Source: Emiliania huxleyi CCMP1516 (taxonomy: Eukaryota). Taken from it: a stretch of DNA of 64,000 bases. Location: assembly GCF_000372725.1 (NCBI RefSeq), contig NW_005202303.1, forward strand, positions 186,001 through 250,000, written 5' to 3'. Every line of letters starts with the position of its first letter. Position 1 is the stretch's first letter. A program made the translations under genes and the position numbers. This document shows positions 36,410 to 47,578 of the stretch, one piece after another. The notes under the pieces are model-generated. The model did not search any database. It was not told the DNA's origin and saw only the letters and a list, made by a program, of their open reading frames with translations.

Positions 36410-39400
36410 TCACCCCTTCACCCGCGCCTTCTCGCCGGTTCCCGTCGCCCCCGCCTCCGGCTCAATCACGGCCGCCAAACTGCGGTCGATCTCCGCCGCA
36501 CGCTCCGCGAGCGGGCGCGCGATCCCGGGCGCGTCCGGCGCGTCTGCGTCCGCCTCGAGGCGCGCCGCGACGCGGCGGAGCAGCAGCGCGCCAAAGCGGC
36601 GCGAGAGGGCTCCGATGGCGGGCAAACGGTGGCGCAGCTTCGAGTGCGGGTCAGAGAGCTCCTCGATGAGCGGGCCTACTCTCGCGGGTCATCTCGGGTC
36701 ATCTCGGGGCGGAGGGCGGCTCGAACGGGGGGCGGCAAGGGGGACCCGCGCTGCTCTGCACACTGGCGAGCGATGGCGGCACCAGCCCCGCCGCATCGCC
36801 CTCCGCCGCCTGCTTCGTTTCGACTCCCTCGCCGCCCGCATCGGAGAGCTTGTCCCAGAGGCTGCCGAACGAGGCGAGCGTCTCGGCGTCGAGGTCGCTG
36901 CGCCGCGCAAGCGCCGGCAGCAGGCGCGTCACCTCGTCGAGGACGGTCGCCTAGTATGACTCACCACCTCATCAATGTTTGAAAGTTGGGTTATTGTCGC
37001 CTCGTCGAGGACAGTCGCCGGCAGCAGCGCCGCCTCGTACAGCGAGCGGAGGGGGCCGGGCAGGGGCAGCGAGCCGACCGTCGAGTCGGCGATCGCCTGC
37101 AGGAAGGTTCCGAGAAGGTTCTCAGAAGGGTCGCAGAGCCAGCCGCCGGGTGTGCGGTCGCCTTTGGCGCACGGAGGGCCTCCGCCACGCGCGACGCCAC
37201 CGCCGAGCTGCCCGCCTGAGAGGAAGAGACCCGAATCGGCTCATGCAAGGCCCGCGGGCAGCGCCGCTGCCGCCGGCCCCGCCTGCGCGATCGTGTCGCG
37301 CACCGCGGCGTCGGCCAGCTTGGCCGCCTCCTCGAGCAGCAGCTCCTGCACGTAGCCGCCGTCCGCCGAGAGGAGCAGATCGACCAGCTCCTCCTGCGCC
37401 GCGTCCGCGCCGCCGCTGGCTGGCGGCGGCGCGGCGGCGGCACCGGGCGGCGGCGCGGCGGGGGCGGCGTCGGCGGGGGCGGGCGAGGCCGCCTTGCCGG
37501 CCGCGGGAGGCGCCGCAGCCTGCGGCACGGCGGCGGTGGCGGAGGAGTAGGAGGTGAATCCGTCGCCCATGGAGAGCACCTTGCTGAGGTTCGGCGTCGC
37601 GTTGGAGGCGTCCTGAGACCAGGTGAGGTGAGGTGAGGTCAAGCTCGCCACACACACAAGGGTGGTGGGGCGAGGGGCGAGGGGCGGGGGGGGGGGGGGG
37701 TGCGTCCTTGTCCTCGGCGCCGTAGACCATCGAGCGGAGTGCGGCCTTTGCGCGCGGCGAGTCGTCGGTGAGCAGGCGCTTGGAGAGGTACGGGAAGGCC
37801 TGAGGTGTCGAGAGGAGGTGTGACGAGCTCGTGTGAGGAGCAGGCGCTTGGAGAGGTGCGGGGAGGCCTCCGAGACGATGGAGTAGTCCTCGTTGGAGGA
37901 GAGGCCGATCCCCTCGAGGGTGGAGAAGGCGCGCGCGACGTAGAGGATGTACGGCGGCACCTGGAAGAGCTCGCGGTTGCGCTGCTGCATCTTCTCCATC
38001 ACATTCTGCACGTCCATCACGCTCGCGCCCTCGACCCCGTCCGCCTCGAGCTGCGTGCGCGCCTGCGCGTAGAACCCCTCGCGCACCTTGGCGCGCAGCT
38101 CCTCCTTGCTGAGCAAGCCGCCGGGGTCGTACTGCTCGCGCCACTCGTCCCGCACGCGCGCCTGCAGCTTCTTGCCTCCCCCGCCTTGCGAGAGCTGCCG
38201 CAAGACGAAGGAAAGGCCCTCGGTCAGGTTGGAGGCTCGCACCCGCTCGAGTTGCTCCGGTGGCGTAAAGCCGAGCCGGACAAAGTCGTCCGGCATAGCG
38301 GCGTAGTCTTCGGCGTTGACGTGCGCGATGAACTCAATCAGAGAGTACTGCAAATCCTGCGGCACGCCCAGCGTCATGCCCCAGTCGAGGATGCAGAGCT
38401 TGCCGTCCGTCGTGCGCAGCAAGTTGCCCGGGTGCGGGTCGCAGTGCAGCACGCCTAGCGAGATCGCCCGAGATGGGTCCGAGATCACCCGTTGCGGCGC
38501 TCGCCCGTGCCGAGCAATCTCGGGCGATCTCGGGCGATCTCGGGCGATCTCGGGTGCGGCACGCCCGTGTCGAGGAGCATCGTCAGGTACGCGTTGATCG
38601 CCACCCCGCAGAGGCGCGGCACGTCGGGCGACGCGTCGAGGTCGAGTCGCGTGCCGTCGACCCACTCTGTGACGAGCACGCGCGAAGAGGAGAGCTCGCG
38701 CACCACGGCGGGCGACGTCACCGCGCCGAGGCCGCGCCGCGCCATCGCCTGCGCAATCAACCAACACAGGCTGAGGAGTGCATCGCGCCGCCGCGCCGAG
38801 GCCGCGCCCGTGCCTCGGCAAACGACTCGGTGTTGTCGGCCTCGTACAGGTAGTCCGTCTCCGCGACAAAGCCGCGGCCCCACTCGTCGACGAGGGCCTA
38901 AGGAGTCCGTTTGATCTGCTACTCCGCCAGAGCCATCATGTCGCGCCCCACTCGTCGGCGAGGGCCTGTGCGGACGCGATGTCCGCGTCGTAGGTCGGCA
39001 GCCTGTTGACGGCGTTGGAGATGCGCGTCTGCAGCGGGGTGAGCAGCCGGAGCAGGTAGAGGTCGAGGCCGATCTCGTCGAGGATGGCGGGCCGCTGGAC
39101 CTTGACCGCCACGGTGCGGCCGTCGTGCAACGTGCCGCGGTAGACCTGGCCGATGGAGGCGGCGGCGAGCGGCTCCGTCGACAGGGAGCGGAAAGTGGAG
39201 GCGAGCGCCTATAGGAAGGTTCGGAGAAGCTTCAGCGAAGCTTCCTCCGTCGACAGGGAGCGGGAATGTCGAAGCGAGCGCCGCGGCGCCGCCGGGCAGG
39301 CCCAGCTCGCTCGCGAGGATCTCCTTGGCCTGCGTCGACGGGAAGGGCGGCACCGCGTCCTGCAGGAGAGTTCAGGGACGCTTAGGGCCCGCCGGTTGAG

Positions 39401-40489
39401 GGACGGTTGCAGCGCGACGGGAAGAGCGGCGTCCTGCAGCTGGCGCAGCTCGAGTGCGTACGCCTCTGGGATGAGGTCGGTGCGGATCGAGAGCGCCTGA
39501 GGGGGGTGAGCTGAGGATGGGGCCAAGCTAGGGCAGTCTAGGAGGGACGGTGCAGGAAGCGTCCAGGAGGAGTGTCTCGGAAGAGTCGGAGAGGCGCCTG
39601 CGCGAGCTTGATGAAGGTAAGTAATTAATCAAGGTAATTATTAATCAAGGAGAGGCGCCTGCGCGAGCTTGATGAAGGTAAATAATTAATCAAGGTAATT
39701 ATTAATCAATTCAGAGGCGCCTGCGCGAGCTTGATGAAGGTAAATAATTAATGAAGGTAATTATTAATCAATTCAGAGGCGCCTGCGCGAGCTTGATGAA
39801 GGTAAATAATTAATGAAGGTAATTATTAATCAATTCAGAGGCGCCTGCGCGAGCTTGATGAAGGTAGGCCCGAGCTGGGTCGCCAGCGCGAGCGCCTCCC
39901 GCCCGCGGTCGGCCTCGTTCGGCCACGGCTCCCCCTCCGGCGAGCCCGCCCGCTTGTACGCCGCGAAGTCGAGCGCGAGCTTGGCGTTGAAGCCGAACGT
40001 CAGCCAGCCGAGCCGAAGGAGGCGCGCCGCAACCTTGGGCAGCCGGGCGCGGTAGAAGCGGTTCGCCGCGGCCGGGTCGTAGCCCTTCGCGTTCGCCGGG
40101 TACGGCGCGCCCAGCGGAGCCTCGAGGTAGTCGCGCACCGCGGTGGCCACGACGACGAGCCCGACGCCCGCCGCCGCGATCGCGGGATTGCTGAGCAGCG
40201 CCGGATTGCTGAGCAGGCCGCCGATGCCGCCCAGCGTCGCCGCGCCGCTCGCAGCGGAGGCCTCGGCGAGCGCAGGGTCCAGGCTGCCGCCCAGCGCGGC
40301 AGCACCGCTCACAGTGGATGCCTCTACGAGGGCGGGATCTAGCGCCGAGCGAGCGGGCGGGTGCCGCACGACGTGCGGGAGGCTGCCGACATGGCGAGTC
40401 GTCCCTAATTGTGCCTGCTGAGTTGACCGCGGCGCGGGAGCAAATGTCGACAGCAGAGGCGTCACTAGTGCCGCGAAGGCCGCCACCAT
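36410..40489 (-). CDS. ABC1K/UbiB atypical kinase, probably plastid-targeted, multi-exon
   Basis: LGPTFIKLAQ|ALSIRTDLIP...LQD, AAASIGQVY, VAVKVQRP, VLVTEWVDG, LHCDPHPGN, ILDWGM, PPYILYVARAFSTLEGIG. N-terminal signal/transit-like peptide. Confidence 0.92.
39591..39866. repeat. 61-62 bp tandem repeat (5 copies) containing the exon end and splice donor of the ABC1K first intron
   Basis: gaggcgcctgcgcgagcttgatgaaggta begins at 39591, 39652, 39714, 39776 and 39838, with AT-rich spacers. Confidence 0.92.
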
Positions 40490-42422
40490 TTTCTGATTCG
40501 CCGGCGTCGGTTCGCGGAAGCGAATAAAAAATCAATTCAAGGAGAACGCCGTAAATCCTGCATGCGCTCTCGGATATTTTTTGTAGGCACCGTACCAAAA
40601 AACTACTCTGTTTTCGTCTACGAGTGGAAGGGGCGCAGGCGCAAACGAAGCAGCGTCGACGCACCTGTGTGAGTGGGATGGGAGCGGGAGTCGCTTCTTT
40701 CTCGCTGGCCAGCAGGGGCGAGGGCGAGGGCGGAAAGCAGAGGTCGCCTTGATGGCAATAGCAAAGCTCGGCCCTACCAACTCAAGGCTGCTGTGCAACC
40801 GCCGACATTGCGGTGTCCCGCACCATGTGGGCACGTCCCCTTCGACACCCGCTCCACTAGTCCCGCTCCCAGTGGCGCGGCTGCAGCTGTCAGTAAACAG
40901 CGCTCAGTGTGGGGGACCGACCCTCGTGGCTCGTGCGTCGTGGGGACCTGGGGCGGTTTCAGTCGTGACAGAGAGTGTCCCAGTGCCTCCCGCACCCAAG
41001 TTCTGCACTGACCGGGCTCCTGCCCGTGTCCCGGGCGTGGAGATGCGAGGGTCGCCCCCCCTTGCCCCACCACTTTGTGTGATGACTGATGTGTGTGTGG
41101 TCTGTGCGACTGTGGAGACGTTTACCTTACCATACCTTACCTGCACCTCCGTCTCCACGACCTGCAGCTGCAGCTGCACCTGGTGCACGGACCACCTTGT
41201 ACCTACCTGGTCGATGGTCGAAATCTGGCTTATAAAGCAGTGACAGAGCTCAGACACTCAGACACACTCTGTGTCCCAGTGGGGGTACGGGTAGCAGTCC
41301 GGGGAGCGCGAGAGCCGAGCGCGATGTAGGCATGTAGCGCGCTGTGTGTGCACAGACAGTCATGGCCCGAGGCGTCGCCCGCCACGCTCGTTGTGGCGCG
41401 CGGGTGCTTGCCACGCCGCCGGGCTGTCCGGGCAGCCTCTATCTGGCTGCCGACAGAGAGAGGCGGCGGCGGCTCCGAGTGCGCGTCATGCAGCGGGACC
41501 AACCCCCTTGCGACCCGCGACAGAGGGAGCGGGTCGTGGGCTGGCTGGTGGCCCGCGAGCTGAGCCGCATTCCTAGGGAATACCGAGGTACGGCCCGGAG
41601 GAGCCCCACCCTGACGGGTTCACCTTACTTACGGGGTAATCGTGGCATTTCGAATTCGAAATGTTGTTGGTGTCGACGGCGTACTTGTTCGAGTCGTTCC
41701 GGGGCTGGGTGCGGTCGATGGGTGGGCCGATCCAGTTGGGACCGTTGACGATGTCCTTTCCCTCGAGGCTGGATGGTTTTGTCCTCGTCACTGATTTTTT
41801 CTTCTCATTCTTGTACAGGGTCTTGTAGACCGCACCGCAGTATAGTAGGCCTGGGGGCCGAGTACGCCTTGTGCAGCACCTCCGAGTCGTCAACGGTCCC
41901 GTTTGGCGGACCCGGCCGGACAGTCCAGGTACAGGAAAAGCGGGGAGCGGGGCCCGATCCAAGGAGCACCCCGCCGGCCCGGGAGGGCTGTGTCCTGTGA
42001 ATTTCGGCGCGGGCGGAAGGCCTGCAGACGCTCAACCCCAGCCTGAGCTGCCGAATCCTCCCGGCTAATCCCCTGACCTGCCACCTGAAACGGGACAACA
42101 TTACACCACCTCACACACACTCCCCCCTCAGGGCTAAGCAGTGCGCGGGCCCACCCGACTCTAGGCGAGGCGTCGACCACTCCTTCGGAATAGCTCTGTC
42201 AGTGGCTGCACTAGACGCCCAGAGATGGCGCGCGGCGCGGGCGGATGACTGGAAGAGAAAATGCGGAGATGCTAGCTCGCAGGAAGATGTGCTCAGCCAA
42301 GGGTGTCGGGATGAGGGGAATGTGTGAGTGTGAGGGGTGCACCAACCGCTGAGTTTTTGTGCCTTAGTTTCAAAACTAACCGTTTTTTTTCGTGAGAGAG
42401 AGTGACTTGTAAAACTCTTTTC

Positions 42423-43586
42423 TCAACACGTTGGCCCGCCGGCGTCCGGGATCGCCCCGGCCCTCACCAGCACGAGCGCGAAGAGGCTTCCCAGCAGCGC
42501 CCCCACCTGGTTCGCAAGCCCGACGTAGCCCGTCCCTCCCGCGTTGGAGGCGGCAACAAAGGCGGACGTGACGACCAGGCCATGGAGGACCGAGGAGAGG
42601 CACACCAAGGGCAGCGAGACTGCGGTTGGTGGCGGAGCGGCGCGAGCGGCGGCGGCGACGGCACCAGCCAGGATGGCGGCCTGCGTGGCGTTTGCAACGA
42701 CATAGCCCTGGAGCGGGTGGTAGGAGGCGGCGAGCCGGCCGAGGACAGAGCTCCCGTTCCACAGGGCTGTCAGCCAAAAGAGGGCGTCCGCATCGCACAC
42801 GCTTGGGTTCAAATAGGGCAGCAGGCTCGGCATCGCAAAGTTGAGCACGCAAGTTACGGATACGCCAACCAGCGGATATTCGCCCGCCGATCTGAGGCCG
42901 CGGCCGTGTCGCGCCGCCCATCCGCGAAGGGTGCCCTTGTGCTCCTCTGTCTCGAGTCGGGGAGCCTCGGAGCACTTTGCCGTCGCCGCGTTGGCTCGCA
43001 GCCACGCCTGTCCGAGCAGGCCCGCCAACTGGACGACGCCCACACCAATAAAGTACTCGCGCGAGCCAAATCGCTCGCCGCCGTCCGCAGCATACGCGAG
43101 TATCTGCGCGGCGAGGCCGCAGGCGCCAACGCCAGCCGACAGGGCGGCGACGCTCACGCGGCCGCGAAAGGTGGCGGCATACGGAAAGAAACAGACCATC
43201 GCAGTCGTCCCGACGAGCCCAGCTGCCGCTGCCCCGATGAGCAGGCCGAGCGACGTCGAGGCGGTTTGAAGACGCGAGCCCACGAGGCAGAGCCAAGCGG
43301 CGGTAGCGAGACCGAGCCCGAGAAGCGAGCAGGTGAGATGCTCGCTATTCGCATCAACCCATCCTTCGGGGGCGAGGAGGACCAGCGCTGCTGGAGCGAC
43401 GTTGCAGACCTGCACAGCGACATCGATCGATGAGAAGAGCGCATAGCCCTCGGGGGCGCTCCGAATCTCCCACACCGCAGACGCAAAGACACCACTCACA
43501 AGCGTCCATGAGGAGGCGCCGACAAGGAAGAGCGCGACACCATCTGGCCAGGCGCCGTGCTGTTGTGCCTCGTGGGAAGAGCGCAT
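42423..43586 (-). CDS. SLC52 (riboflavin transporter)-like multi-pass membrane protein, intronless
   Basis: LFLVGASSWTLVSGVF...APEGYALFS...QVCNVAP resembles SLC52 G.GSW..NG...LPEGW.LPS...GN. Also VCFFPY and about 10-11 hydrophobic segments. Confidence 0.75.
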   Translation of the reverse strand: MRSSHEAQQHGAWPDGVALFLVGASSWTLVSGVFASAVWEIRSAPEGYALFSSIDVAVQVCNVAPAALVLLAPEGWVDANSEHLTCSLLGLGLATAAWLCLVGSRLQTASTSLGLLIGAAAAGLVGTTAMVCFFPYAATFRGRVSVAALSAGVGACGLAAQILAYAADGGERFGSREYFIGVGVVQLAGLLGQAWLRANAATAKCSEAPRLETEEHKGTLRGWAARHGRGLRSAGEYPLVGVSVTCVLNFAMPSLLPYLNPSVCDADALFWLTALWNGSSVLGRLAASYHPLQGYVVANATQAAILAGAVAAAARAAPPPTAVSLPLVCLSSVLHGLVVTSAFVAASNAGGTGYVGLANQVGALLGSLFALVLVRAGAIPDAGGPTC

Positions 43587-43905
43587 GCATGGAACGACAA
43601 GCGCACAAGGGACGAACGCAGCAGTGAGAATTTTACAATCTCAACACTGGCCACAGAAAATTTACGACGAAGCGCCTCGCACAAACTGGGCACGGGACTG
43701 CGCGCACTGGCACGTAAAAAACGCATGGGCTTTCAAGTACCAGGGGGTAAGGTACGGTACACTTCTCAACAGTGGTGGGCGCAAGGGTCCGACCAGCGAC
43801 CACACACACTCACGACGGACACAACTCTCGCTGTCACAGACCCTTTGGGCAAAAGCTCTAGGGCAAAAGCCTCCCATACGCACGTCTCATCTCCGGGGGG
43901 CGCGC

Positions 43906-45191
43906 TCAGGTCGCGGTCGTCACGATCGAGCAGGGCGAGGTGGATCGAGCTGCAGCCTTCATGCCCAGCTTCTGCGACGCATCGAACGGCTTGGGCTTGC
44001 GCGCCGCGGCGCGGCGTAGCATCGTGTGGAAGAGCTGCGGGTGCTGCAGCTCGGGCCGGTCCGTCTTGGAGGCCATGCCAATCATCGCCGACTCGCGCGC
44101 GAAGGAGCAGACGGGCTGGCACTCGAGCATGTACACCTCGCCTTCGGGGTCAACCCGGAAGTCGAAGATGGAGAAGTCGCGGCAGCGGAGCGCCTTGTGG
44201 GCGCGCCGGGCCGCCTCGCCGAGCTTGGCGGTGAGCGCGTCGTCGAGCGGCGCGGGGCAGACGGAGCGGCGGAAGTCGGGCGCCTCCTCGCGGTTGGTGG
44301 CGAAGAACTTGTCGGCGTCGGGCAGCCCCTCCTCCGTCACAGAGATCTTGTCGGTGGACGTGCGCATCGGGTGCTCGGGCGTGAGCAGGTACTCGGTGGC
44401 GGGCAGCAGGATTGACGGCTCGCCCGCCTCGTCCTCGACCACCGCAACGCGGATCTCGCGGCCGAGCGGGATGAACTTCTCGCAGACCACCTTGCTGTCA
44501 AACTTGAACGCCTCCACGAGCGACGCGCGCAGCTCGCCCGCCTCCTCCACCTTGGAGATGCCCATCGAGTTATCCTCGCAGCACGGCTTGAGGACGAATG
44601 GGTACCCGACCGTCGGCGTCTGGACGCGGCGGGTAGGGCGCGGAAATGAGAGGCAGCAGCGGAGTGAGCGCGAGGGCAACTGGAATATGCGGGAGAGCAA
44701 CAGCGGGAGGGCGGCAGCGGTGAGGTCAGCGCCTGGTCGGGCGAATGGAGGAGCTCGCCAGGCGGCACCGGTACGCCCGCGGCGGCGGCCACGGCCTTCG
44801 TCTGCTGCTTGTCGGTGATCAGGGCCATGCATTCGGCCGTGTTGCCAACCAGCGGCACGCCGATCAGATCAAAGATCGAGCGATACTGAGTGTATCCGGG
44901 CCAGCAGAACATATGCGGGACGCAGACGTCGAAGTCGGAGGCGGCGAGCGTGCTCAGCGCTGCTCCGTGCTCGAGCTTGGGCGCATCGTCGATTGTCCCC
45001 TGGTCGAGGTCGGGCACGATGCACCATGCGCCTCCGGGCAGGACGACGGCAAAGGTGAACTCGAACGAGGCCTTGGTCGCCTCGTCGGAGGAGCCAGCGA
45101 GCATTTGACGGGCGTAATGGACGGAGATCATGCTGTAGTACTGCGAGACGGGCGAGCCAGCAACGTGGAGCACGCGGAGGCTGGCTACCAT
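43906..45191 (-). CDS. mysD: MysD-type D-Ala-D-Ala-ligase-like ATP-grasp enzyme (MAA biosynthesis); 2 exons, 45191-44733 and 44619-43906
   Basis: LRVLHVAGS...YARQ...PGGAW...DVCVPHMFCWPGYTQYRSIFDLIGVPLVGNT..MAL..DK..TKAVAAAAGVPVP, KPCCEDNSMG, EKFIPLGREIR, AHKALRCRDFSIFDFRVDPEG..YMLE...CSFA. The PxMFCxPGxTxYR motif is MysD-like rather than bacterial Ddl. GC-AG intron at 44732-44620. Confidence 0.9.
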
Positions 45192-45640
45192 GGCTCGGCA
45201 GTGTGGTTGGGCGAAGATGAGCTGCGAAGATGATGACACGTTCGCGTCGGGTTCTCGGCAATTCATTGAAGTTTCTAGACACAATTCTAGACACGAGGCA
45301 AGGGACAGTTTTTCAGTGTATGTGTGTGCTCTCTCTCTCTCTCAGTGTACTTTTAGCTTACTGGTGTAGCTGTTACGTTTTGTTTGGATTCCTATCTATC
45401 GCAAAAATCTGGAGAAGGTTTTCTAAAATCTGTGAATGAATCTTTCAGTCTGTCTGACCAGTGATGGCCTGCCATGTCTGCGGTGGCCCGGGGGGGACTT
45501 TGGTTGGAAATGCCGTGGTTGGAACTTGGAGCACTTGGAGTGCCGTCTGTGGAATTCTCAAGAGTTTTGTGCAACATTCACCCGAAAACTCCGTGACTTC
45601 ATCACGAAAGCACGGGACTTTGCAAAGCAAGAGCTCCGCC
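45192..45640. promoter_or_regulatory. Putative bidirectional promoter between mysD and mysC
   Basis: 449 bp, relatively AT-rich spacer between the divergent ATGs. Confidence 0.55.
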
Positions 45641-47578
45641 ATGGGCTACGCCACCCCGATTGACATCAGCGACGAGGACATGCTCTACTCTGTCCTCATC
45701 AGGCCGATCTCGCCTAAGACGGAGTACGCAAAGCAGAGGCCGGCTACGCCTACAGAGCTCAGCACCTCCTCCGACGACATCTCCAGCGACAACGAGTCCA
45801 TTTGCGCGTACAAGCTGCGCCCGGTTACGCCCATCTTGACGGAGACGAGCACCTCTGACGTTTACTCCTCCGACACCGACACCGAGTTCGCCTCAGAGAG
45901 GACGCCAGAGGCTGACCCAGCGGAGCTCGAGCCGGCCGAGTGCGCTGTTGCACCGAGGACGTGGCGGCAGGCGATCGAGCCGCGCCTCTGGTCGGTCGCG
46001 ACGCTGGTCGGCATCTTTGCCTGCGCGCCCCTCGTTGTCGCCTGCTGGGCCGTGCTCGTGGCCCTCGGGAGAACCTTTGGCGAGCGGCTTGCGGCCATCG
46101 GCGGCAAGCGGTGCGACGAGGTGAAGCCCAACGGCAAGGTTGCCATCGTCTCGGGAGGCAAGATGACCAAGGCCTACGTGATTGCGCGGCAGCTCAAGGC
46201 GCAGGGGTGCCGCGTCGTCCTCCTTGAGACGTCCAAGTATTGGATGGTCGCCTCGCGCGCGAGCAACTGCGTCGACCGCTTTGCGATGGTGCCGCTGCCG
46301 GAGAAGGACCTCGCCGGCTACCTCGACGCGGTGCGCGCGCTCGCCATCGAGGAGAAGGCCGACCTCTTCATTCCCGTCACCTCGCCCGCGGCGTCCGAGT
46401 ACGAGGCGCAGGTTGCGCCCGTCCTGCCCGCTGGTTGCGTCTCGTGGTCGCTCGACCTGGAAACCGTGCGCGACCTGGACGACAAGACCGCCTTCTGCAG
46501 CAGCGCGGAGAGGCTCGGACTGCCCGCGCCGCGCTCGCACCGCGTGGCGTCCGACGAGGAGGCGCACGCCTTCAACGAGAAGCTCCTCGCGGAGGCGGCT
46601 ACGGCCACGGCTGGCGCGGAGACGCGCTACATCCTCAAGAGCCTCGCCTACGACTCTATGCACCGGCTCGACCTCTTCACGCTGCCCTGCGCGCCCGACG
46701 TGCTCGACGCCTACCTCGCCAAGCTCCACACCGACGGCGCGGCAATCACGCAGGCCAGGCCGCGGCGCCACTCCCGCCGCCAGCCCTGAGCCGCGCGCCT
46801 CACGCCGCCCCCCTCTCCTCCCGCCGCTCGCAGGAGAACCCGTGGATCATCCAGACCTTTGTGGTCGGCGACGAGTACTCGACGTGTGCGCTCGTCAAGG
46901 AGGGCCGCCTGCTCGCCTTCACCGACAACCGCGCGTGCCTCTCCTGCTTCAACTACACGCCCGCACGCAGCGAGGCGCTGCGCTCGTGGGTGCGCGACTT
47001 TTGCGCCGCGCGGCGGCTGAGCGGGGTTGTCTGCATCGACTTCATCGTCGACGCGCAGAGCGGCACGCCGTACGCGATCGAGTGCAACCCGCGCTTCTCG
47101 TCGAACGTGCTCAACCTGTTTTGGAACCCCCCTTTTGGGGGGGCCCTCTTCCGCCCCCACAAGGGGGTTGCCCGGGGGGACCCCCCCCGGGCCCAGGGGG
47201 AAAGGTTTTTCCTTTTTGGGGGGGGGGGGGGCCCCCCCTCCCGGGAAACGGGAAGGGAGGGCCGTTTTTCCCCAAAGCCCCCGCCCCTGGGGAAAGGGGG
47301 GAGTTGAGGCCTTTTTTTGGCCCCCCCCCCCCCCCCCCCCCCTGCAGATCTGGGCGCTGCTCTCCAAGAGGCCCTTCTCCTTGCGATCCGCGGGCGCGCT
47401 CCTGTCGACGGTGGCGACGAAGAAGGACGCCTACTTTGACGTGGCGGATCCGCTGCCCTTCATCGCGCACCTCTTTGTGCACATCCCCGCGCTCCTCGCG
47501 CGCAACTTGAGCACCGGCAACAAGTGGGCTAAGATCGACCCGTGCATTGGAAAGTTGACGGAGGAGAATGGCGACTAG
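45641..47578 (+). CDS. mysC: MysC-type ATP-grasp ligase (mycosporine-glycine synthase), multi-exon
   Basis: IVSGGKMTKAYVIAR...G.RVVLLETSKYW...SNCVDRF..VPLP...YLDAV...EKADLFIPVTSPAASEYE, LDDKTAF, YILKSLAYDSMHRLDLFTLP, ENPWIIQ, IECNPR and C-terminal KIDPCIGKLTEENGD all match cyanobacterial MysC motifs. GC-AG intron at 46754-46833. Low-quality segment at ~47120-47345. Confidence 0.93.

Noticed and set aside
39591..39866. CRISPR-like repeat-spacer array
   Set aside because: The spacers are near-identical, the repeat is exon/splice sequence of a eukaryotic gene, and there are no cas genes.
41573..41962. Coding ORF
   Set aside because: No recognisable motifs; probably a TE or degenerate fragment.
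43906..45191. Peptidoglycan D-Ala-D-Ala ligase (ddl) or bacterial contamination
   Set aside because: The motifs are MysD-type, the gene is paired with mysC, and it has a host-style GC-AG intron within eukaryotic flanking genes.
47120..47345. Frameshift or pseudogenisation of mysC
   Set aside because: The segment is dominated by homopolymer runs typical of a low-quality read end and probably overlaps an intron. The flanking exons are intact.
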